From the NCBI GenBank assembly GCA_004431415.1, contig QPMI01000054.1, positions 388,236 to 452,235 of the forward strand: a stretch of DNA of 64,000 bases, written 5' to 3'. The notes under the pieces are model-generated. The model was not told the DNA's origin and made no database searches. It saw only the letters and a program-made list of their open reading frames with translations. The translations under genes were made by a program, and so were the position numbers. Each line of letters opens with the position of its first letter. Position 1 is the stretch's first letter. The stretch comes from Cyanophora paradoxa CCMP329. Its lineage: Eukaryota; Plantae; Glaucophyta. Positions 11,501-20,500 of this stretch are shown here, piece after piece.

Positions 11501-14500
11501 CCTCCCGCTCGCCGGTGCCTGAACGGCGCCGTGCGTCCCGCACGCCGCAAGGCGCGAAGCGGCAGCACCCGGAAGCCGAGCGCCGCGAGGCTCGCTCGGC
11601 CCCGCCGCGCGAGTCCTCCTCCCGGTCCCCCGCCGACCGTGCGCGCGGTGGCCGTGCCCGTGAAGGCACTCACCGGGACCGGCGCGTGATGCACGGCAAC
11701 CGCGTCACGGTGACCGCTTCGACCGCGCCTGCGGCGAGCGACGCCGACGACTTCGCCGGCCTCGATGACGCAGCGTTCGCTGCCGTCGCGCGTGAGCACG
11801 GCCTCGAGCTCGAGGACGCGCCCGCACCGGCGCCCACGCCGGAGGAGACGCGCGCCCGCCTCCTAGCCGAAGCCGAGCGCCGCAACAAGCGGGCTCGCGT
11901 TGCACCCAGCGGTGTCCCGCCGGCTGACGCCGCGGCGTACCCGCCATTCCCCATGGGCCCGCCGCCGCCGCGGCCCACCTGGGGCGGGCCGCCACCGGCC
12001 CTGATGCCTCAGATGCCCGGAGGCGGCGGCTACTATTGGCCGCCGGGCATGATGTACGGGCCGCCGATGCCGGGCGTGACCGCCCCTGCTGGCCCCGGCG
12101 CGCCGGCGCCCGGCGACAGCGCCGGTGCAGCCCACTACCAAGCCGCCAAAAACTGGCGCGCTCGCTTGCGCCTCCTGCTCGAGGCTGGCAACGAAGCAAG
12201 CCCGCCGCTTCTGTCCGAAGTCCTGGACGAGATTGCGACCGCCGCCGGTCACAATCTTCCGGGCACGACGCTTCCCAGCGGCGCCTCGTGGGCGGCCCTC
12301 AACGTCGCCGCGACGATTTGGGCTGCGGCCGTTCCCAGCTTGGAACAGTTCGATCGGATCGAATCCGAGCTGCTCCGGCTGATTGGGCAGGCCCAGGCGC
12401 GCCAGGCCGAGGGCCGCTGCCGTCCTGGCGCCCGCGCCGTCCTCCGTGTCTACGGGGACGATGACGGCGAGGACGACTTCGCGACGCGCGCTGCACTGCA
12501 GCCGCGGTCCATCGCCGAAAGCGTCCTGGCGGCTGCGACCAGGGAGCCGCAGCCCCTCACGGACGGGCCGGACCGGAAAACCTCTGCAGCCCCGCAGAGT
12601 CGGTCCGCGGCGTTGCACGCCAGCAACAGCCGGCAGCGCTCGTCGCTGCACTTCCCCACGCCCGCCGCCGACCCTGGTGACCTCACCGGGTACGGCCCGG
12701 ACCGCCCGTCGGACCTCGCGGTCCCGGAGTCCCCCGAAGGCGCGCCGCCCGGCAGCCTCAACGCCCCTATCCCGATTGCGCATGTGATCGATGGGATCTC
12801 GGGCCGCCCGCACGATTTCCGGCGCCTGCAGCTGCAGTGCCCAGGATTCGTCTACGCCCTGAATGCTGACGGCACTCTCGGCGCTAGCACGCGTGTCCAA
12901 ATCCTCTTTGACACCGGCGCTATGGGCGAAGTTGGCGAGAAGCGCCACATGCCCCCGGGCACCCGGTACACGGGTGTGAAGGTCCTGAGGGCCTTCCTGC
13001 ACCACGCCACGATCACGGCCGAAATCGCGCACGTCGTGCTGCGCTTCGGTGACGTGTACGTCTCGCGGGCCGTGTACGTCGTCCCCGACGGCTCCCTGGG
13101 CCCAATGCCGACCTGCTCGTGGGCATCGGCACGATCATGATGGTCGAGGGGCGGATAGACACGACCAGCTCTGGCTGGTGCCTGCACGCGCGCGACGCGC
13201 AATTCCGCCCCCACGTGATCCCTTTTTGCTGCCCGGACAAACGAAGGGGCCTCTCCTTGTCCGGGTCCTTCGCCCTGTCGTCCTGAAGGACGCGCGCGAG
13301 TGGATGGTCCGCTGCGTGATTGACGGCCCTGCGCCGCCTGCGGACCAGGCTCCGACGCTCGCCGTCGGGCCGGCGCCCGACTCCTTGTCGGCGCTCGGGG
13401 TACTCGCGCCCCACCAGCTGCACCGGCGCCCAGCCGCGGGCGGCAGCCTGCATGTGCGGCTATTAAATCCCGCCAATGAGCCCGTCCTGCTGCCAGCAGG
13501 GGCCGTTGTTGCGGTGGCGGAGGCTAACAACCTGCCGCCCGGCGACTTCGGGTATGACCCGCCACCAGACGATGCGCCCGTGCGCGCAGTCGCCGATACT
13601 TTCATCCGCACGCTGCGAGCCTTTTACCCTAAACGGGGCCAAGGCTTCCGCTCGATGCGTCGCCGGGCCAATCGAACGGCCGCGGCTTATATGGCAGCTG
13701 AGGGCGCGCCGACGCCCCAGCACCCTGCCCCGGGGCCTATCTTTGCGGCACCCGCCGCCCGGCAGTCCGATGCGACTGCAGCCACCGGGCAGGAGCCTGC
13801 GCCGAGCGCACCTCCGCTGTTTGTCCGCATGATGCGCGACGACGACGACGAGGGCCATGAGGTCCCCATCGTCACGATGGAGGGCCTCGCGCTCCACGAT
13901 GAGCCGGTGTCGTCCGACACCGACTCGGAGCTCGAGCGCGACGTCGGGTACCCGGGTTGGACCTCCCCAGAGGAGCGTGAACGAACCCGGCCGGCCCGCC
14001 GCGCCGAGCGCGCCGCACGCCGCCGCGCCCGCGCGGCGCGCGTTGCGCGTCAAGGGCTAACGTAGTCCCAACCAATCCTCCGGGGATCAAATAAATCTCG
14101 CTGCCGACGCAGCCGAGCAGCCGGCGCCTGCGCCGAGCACAGCTGCTGCCCGCCCCGCGACGGCACCAGCGCCGCTGGACGGCCCTGGCTGCTCCGTCCG
14201 TACCACGGACGCGCCGGGCGCGCCTTCTGCAGCCGAGTCCTCTGCCGCGCGCGGCAGGGACAAGGGCAAGGCGCCGCTGCGAGCCGCCCCTCCGGGCCCA
14301 GCGCCTGGACCCTCCCATGGCGGCCCCCGCGGGCGCCTCCGGAAACGACGGGGACGTCGTCTTCCGAAGAGGAGGAGTGGAACCGAGCACGTGCTAAAAT
14401 CCCGGAATGCGGCTCGCATCCGGCGATGAGCACTGCTGAACGCGCCGAGCTCGAGGCTCTGCTCAAGCGCTATTCGTGCGCGTTCGCCGACTCGGTCACG

Positions 14501-17500
14501 GCCACCGAGGGCACGGCCAACCTCCTCCACTACGAGCACGTGATCCGATTGACCTCACGGCTGCCCGTCTTCACGCCCCCGCGGCGTGTAAGCCCGCACG
14601 CCGAGGCCTTCGCCCGTGCTGAAATAAAGCGGCTCCTTGAGCTGGGCTTGATCCAGCCCTCGCAAGCCGCCTACGGCTCGCCGGTCGTGCTCGCTCCTAA
14701 GAAGGACGGCACCTGGCGGTTCTGCGTCGATTACCGACGCTTAAATGCAATCACCGAGCGCGACGTCTTTCCGCTGCCGCGGATCGACGATCAGCTGGAC
14801 CGCCTGCGGGGTCCATGATCTTCTCGACCGTCGACGCGACGGCGGGCTTCTGGCAGCTGCCGCTGGACCCTGCGTCCCGGCAGTACACGGCCTTCGTGGT
14901 GCCCTGGGGCCACTACGAGTGGCGCGTGACCCCGTTTGGCGTGACCAACGGGCCGGCCGCCTTCTCGCGCGCCGTGACCGCCATCCTCGGCCCCCTGCTC
15001 ACGACTTGCGTCACCGCTTATATCGACGATATAACGGTGTTCTCGCCGAGCGTGCCCCAGCACCTGCTGGACCTCGAGGCCTTGTTCCGCGCAATCATGC
15101 CGGCGAACTTGCGCCTGAAGCCCTCCAAGTGCTGCTTCGGGGTGGCTGAGGTTGCCCTGCTCGGGCACCTCGTCTCGGCCGAGGGGATCCGCCAGGACCC
15201 CGCGAAGCTGGCGTTCATTCGCCAGTACCCGCCGCCAGCGAACGCTGACCAATTGAGGTCGTTCCTGGGCTTGGCCGGGTACTACCGGCGGTTCGTGAAC
15301 GGGTTTGCCCGTGTCACCCACCCTTTGCAGCGCCTGCTGCTTCGGGACGCCGTGTGGCAATGGACCGAGGTCCACCAAGCCGCCTTCGAGGCGCTGAAGG
15401 CTGCCCTGCTCGAGGATCTGGTACTCGGGTACCCGGATTTCGAGCGGCCCTTCATCCTGTCGACCGACGCGTCGACGTACGCCATCGGCGCGATCCTGTC
15501 GCAGTCCGACGGCGGCTCGCCCGCCCGTGAGCGGCCCATCGCGTTCATCAGCCGAACGCTGGCGCCCGCTGAGCGGAATTACACCGCCACCGAGCTCGAG
15601 TGCTTGGCGGTTGTATGGGCAATAAAATACTGGCGGCACTTCCTCTTGGGAGGGCCCCAGTTCCTGGTCCGGACGGACCACCAAGCGCTCCAGTGGCTGC
15701 GCTCGCGCGAGGCGACCTCTGGGAGGCTGGGACGCTGGTCCCTCCTCCTGCAGTCCTACGACTTCGTCGTAGAGTACCGCGCGGGGCGCAATAACGGAGG
15801 GCCCGACGCCTGCTCGCGGCCCCGTTGAACCACCCGGTTCTCGCCCCTGGCGGCGCCGACGGCAGCTCAGCCGCGCCTGACGCGCTGGCTGGCGCTGCGG
15901 GGCATGGCGTGCCCCAGCCCGGCGACCTCGATGAGCCGCTGCCGCTGTTTGCAGTCGCTCTGGGCGCCGAGGGCGCTGCGGACGCCCGGGTTGCCGTGGA
16001 AGCCCCGCCGGGCCCCCGCCTGACCGAGCTGGCTGATGAGCCGGACGAGGCCGCGCTGCCGGGCCCCGCCCATGCGCCTGGGCCCGCCGAGGCCGAAACG
16101 CCGGCGGCCCCGCCGAGTCGGGCGGAGATCCTCGTCGCGAGGCGACAGGCCCGTCTCCGGCGCCAGCTCGCCTTCGAGGGCGCTCCCGCCGCGAGGCGAG
16201 ACGTCCAGCCCGCCCAGGGGCCGCGTCCACGCCGGACGCGCGCGCCGCCTGAGGCCTTCCGAGAGGGCTCCGACGATGAGCCCGTCTCCCTCTCCGAGCG
16301 CGCGCCCAGAGCCGCGCCGGCGGACGCCGAAGACGAGCCCCAGGGGCCCCGGCGCCGCCCGAACCCCGAGCCCCTGCCGCTGGGCAGGAGGCGCCCCTGC
16401 CCGCAGCCCTGCAGCTGCCGCAGGCCGGCCCGCCGACCCGGCGCGGCCGCAAGCCGACCACCTGGGCCGCGATGCGGCAGGAGGTTGACGAGTGGCACCG
16501 CCTCGCTGTCGAGCAGGGCCTGCCGCCGGCCCCGCGCTCTCCAAGCCCACCGCCGGCTCCCGAGGCCGACCCCATGGAGCTGGGCTCCGATGGCGAGGTC
16601 GCCCCGCCCGTGCCGGGGCCTGAGGCCCCGCGCGAGGCGTCCGAGCTTGAGCTCGACGAGGACGGGTTCCCCGTTACCCTCCTCGATCGCGTACGCCGCC
16701 GGCTCCCGTCGGGACCGCGGCGCTACGAGGGGCCTGTCGCGCCCCTGCCGCGCGACCAGCGTCCGCCTGAGGCCCCGCGCCGGGGCAAGACGCCCCGCAA
16801 GGCCGACAACCCGCGCCACTGGCGCTGCGGCCCGCCGCTGTACCCCCGTCAGGACGATCCCGACGAGGGGCCCGAGGGCGGCGCCCCGGCGGCGTCGTCC
16901 TCCGCGGCTGCGTCGACCACTGCGGCGACAGCGGGCTCATCTGAGCCGCCGGCTGCCCCTGAGGCGCCCTCGAGCGGCGACGCCGGCTCGAGCGGCGGCC
17001 CAGCCGCGGGCCTGGAACGGGAGCTCCTCTCGTCCAGCGCCATCGCCCCTGGCCCTGAGCTGGGCGAGGTCCGAGACCGCCGCAAGCCGCGCTTGCTGGA
17101 GCTGGTCCAGGACACCTGGGATTGCGCGCCGCCGCCTTCCTTGACGGGCCCCTGCCCGAGGCCCTGCGCCACATGTTCCCCGCGCGGCGAGTCCGGCTGC
17201 TCGCTGCGCAGAAGGCGGACTCGCTGTGCCGCAAGCTGTTCTCCTGGCACGAGAACGGCGTGAACGAGGCGCGCTGCACGCGCGCCTCCTGCCAGACGGG
17301 CGACTGCTACCTCTGCAGTCAGGCCAAGGCGGCCTTCGTCAAATTCGCCCAGAAATTTGACGTGGACACAGACGGCGTGCTCGTCCGCCGCCCGGCCGCG
17401 CCCCACGGGCGCTTCGTGCCCGTCCTGCCTGAGTCCTGGCAGGACCGCGTCCTGTACGCGTACCACGATGGGTGGGGCCACCGCGGCGCCTCGATCGTCG

Positions 17501-20500
17501 CCCGCCGGATCCTGCTGAGGTTCTGGTGGCCGGGCATGCTTGCGGCAGTCGCTCGCTACGTGCGGAGCTGCCATTGCTGCCAGTTCGCCAAGGCTGTGAA
17601 GCCGCGGCGAACCGCGATCGCAGTCATCGAGGCCGAGGGCCGGAATGACTTGTGGCAGGTGGACGTGTTCCACCTTGACCCGACGCCGCGCGGCAACCGG
17701 TATTTGGTTGCCTGGGTGAACGCGTGGGACAAGTACACGCGGCTGTACCCGAAAGCCGACCTGGACGGCTGGTCCATGCTCGAAATGGGCCGAGACTTCG
17801 TCTCGAATGAGGGCGTGCCGCTGCGCCTCCTCATGGACAACGGGTCCAGCCTGAAGGGCGGCCCGTTCAACGAGTACTTCCGGAAGCTCGGGACTCGTTT
17901 CATTTACGCCGCTGCGTACCACCATTCGACGAATGGGCTGGTAGAGCGGCTGGGGGGCGTCGTGAAGACGCTGCTCCACGCGGCGTGCCGCGCCGAGCGC
18001 GAGCCGATGCACGAGTGGGACCAGCACGTGCACGAGGTGCAGCTGGCGCTCCGCACGACCGTGCACGCGGCCACGGGCTACTCGCCCGCGCTCCTGCACC
18101 TGGGGCACGAGCTCACGCTGCCCGCGGACGTGCGCTTCGGGGTCGAGATGCTCGACACCCTTAGCTACGCCGACTACGTGTCAATCGTAGTGCGTTCCGC
18201 GAAGAGCCGCGAGGCTGCAGTGCGCGAGTACCGCCGCTGGTACCGCCGCCAAATGGTGCACCGGACGGGTGACCTGCCGGACCGCCGCCGCTTCGGCGTG
18301 GGCGACAAAGTCCTGTGCTGGCTGGGCGACCGTGACAAGGGGTTGTTCAACTCCTGGGTCGGCCCTTTCACCGTCATGAGCGTGCACCCGGGCGGGTACA
18401 CGTACGTCGTACGTGGCCTTGCGCGGCCCTACGGCGCGGTGGGCGCCGGCCGCCAGAAGGCGCGCGACACCCGTGAGACGATCGTGCATATCGACTGCAT
18501 GATCCCGTTCCGCGTGCGAGACGCGAACGCGCCTGCACGGCCGGCCCGAGGGCGGCCCAAGGCGGCGGGTGGGCCGGCTGCCGCGGCCGCAGCGCCGGCG
18601 GCTCCGGCGGGAGCGGCTTAAGGGAAAGCCGGCTCCGAGCCGCGTCCCGACCCCACGCGAGGGCAAGGACATGAGAGCGGCTGCGCTAGCCCCTTGGCAG
18701 CGCTGAGCAAGAGATCGCCCGAGGCGGGCTGGATCGACGGGCCTCAGAGCCCCGCGCACAACGCGAAAGCCCCGAGCCGAGAGAAGAGGCTGCGGGCGGC
18801 CGTCAGCCTTGAGCACAGCTCGGCGCGGTGACAGGGTGCGAGTCCCTTGTAAAGACCCGGGCAAATTGGATGAGCCGCGGGCGGCCGGTGGCCTTGAGCA
18901 CAGCTCGGCACGGTGACAGGGCTGGGGCCCTCCGAAGACCTAGCCGAGCCCTAGGACGCGCCTCGCGTCTGCAGAAGGGTCGGTAGGCGGCTGTGACGCC
19001 GAGTTCTGCCTCGGGTACAGCGACAGGGGATGTCCATTCCCCTCCGTGTAAGACCTGGCGGTGTACCAGGGCGCGCCTTGCGCCGGTGGGGGTACACGCA
19101 GGCGGTCGTTACGCCGGATCCCACTCCGGGTACGACGACTGGGGACGCAAAAATTCCCCCATTCAGGGCTCTGCACCGGGGACGCTCGGTGGCAGTTCGC
19201 CTGGGAGGGTCACGTCCCCTCGCAATGGACGTGCATGCACGGGTCGGGCAGGGCACCTGCCGTCACGAGTGACGGTGGTTTGAGCCCTGTGGGCGGCGCC
19301 TAGCCTCGCCCTGGAGATCCCTAGCTCCACCGCCGTCGGGGTCCCCCGATTCGATGCCGTGCAATTGCTGTGGGAGCGCGGCTTGTGCCTAGGCAGCGTC
19401 GCACGACGGGCTGCATATCCCTAAGCGCTGGGACGGGCATATTGCTGTGGGCTATCGAGTGCCATCGCGACGCTACGCCCGCGTTGCTGTTGCAGCGTGC
19501 GCTCTTGCGGCTAACGTGCTGCGCGATGAGGGCAGGGCCCCCTCGGCTTCTGTCTCCGTACCGCTCGCCTCGTGCGGGTTTGCCTGGGCCGCCGGCCCGA
19601 AGTTGGACCTTGCCCCCTGGGCACTACACGCTGGAGTCGTACCGGCACCCGCCGGGCGACAGCCTTTTTCGATTCCCGGCAGTCGCCGGACGTAGACGGG
19701 CTCGGCGTCTTTTCGATTCCCGGCAGTAGCCGGTGACGCCGACCGTGAGTGGCTCGGAGCCTTTTTTCGATTCCCGGCAGTAGCCGGTAGCTCCGAGCGT
19801 TTGTGTATAGCGGCCGGGGTCGCGTTGTATAGAGAGCTCAGGCTCGATCAAATTCCTGGCTTCCCCGGCCCTCTCTCTGTTCGCCTTCGGGCGTAGACCC
19901 GCGCGGACGCGGGATCCGAGAGGAGGAGTTGTCGCATCCGACTTTACAGTGGATGCTCGATTGTGAGCCGCTAGGGCTCTAGATGATGTATGCAGCCTTC
20001 GTGCTGCTAGGCCGACGGCGCCTAGGCTAGTTAGAGCGCCGCGGTCATTTGTATGCGTGTGTCGGGGTACGCCGTAGTTGGACGGGTACACCCTCAGTCT
20101 ACCATCACGGTGGCTAACAGCAGCAGCACTCGCCAAACCCCGCCCTGCCGAGCTTGCACTCCGCACGGGCTTCTCGCGCGCACGATTAGACACACTAATC
20201 TCGCACGCGACAATATGCATTGTATATATATATGGCCAGCGCCTGATGACATGATCATGATGGCCGCAAGCCCGAGTCCTAGATCTAGATCCGACATATA
20301 TATCTTCATGTTATATAAATCTTCATGTCTAGAGCTGGGCCGTTGCTTTCTCTAGATCTCGCGCGCCGACCTCACCTTCGATTCTCTCACACTCTCTGCC
20401 TGCGCAGCGACCGTCGCGCGCGCCGACAACAAGTACGCGAACGGCAACGCCGACGGCAAGCTCCACATCAACGAGTGCGCCTCTCGAGCCCCCTCCCAAT

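Larger units (their letters stand above)
3271..20212 (+). mobile_element. Full-length Ty3/gypsy (Metaviridae) LTR retrotransposon, 16,942 bp
   Basis: 283-bp LTRs with TGTCGC...GCGACA ends; ATATG duplicated at 3266-3270 and 20213-20217; domain order gag-PR-RT-RNaseH-IN. Confidence 0.97.

Noticed and set aside
14815-14818. ATGA stop-start coupling splitting the RT
   Set aside because: It falls inside the conserved RT core and is repaired by one extra G in GGGG; probably a sequencing error.
6755-18108. Long antisense ORFs in the retroelement (e.g. 6755-8680, 10156-11799, 14791-16575, 16849-18108)
   Set aside because: Shadow ORFs expected from GC-rich codon usage on the opposite strand; no motifs.
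18671-18710. ATGA...stem...TGA resembling a SECIS element, tempting given the tRNA-Sec-like PBS
   Set aside because: The stem is too short and lacks the apical AA; the element's TGA stops are better explained by frameshifts, because the conserved protein continues in another frame.
18622-19660. env-like ORF or hammerhead ribozyme in the 3' region
   Set aside because: Only short ORFs without signal or transmembrane features; no CUGANGA/GAAA core in proper context.
19665-19787. CRISPR-like repeat-spacer array
   Set aside because: Only three units, with short (20-28 nt) and partly similar spacers; eukaryotic retroelement context with no cas genes.
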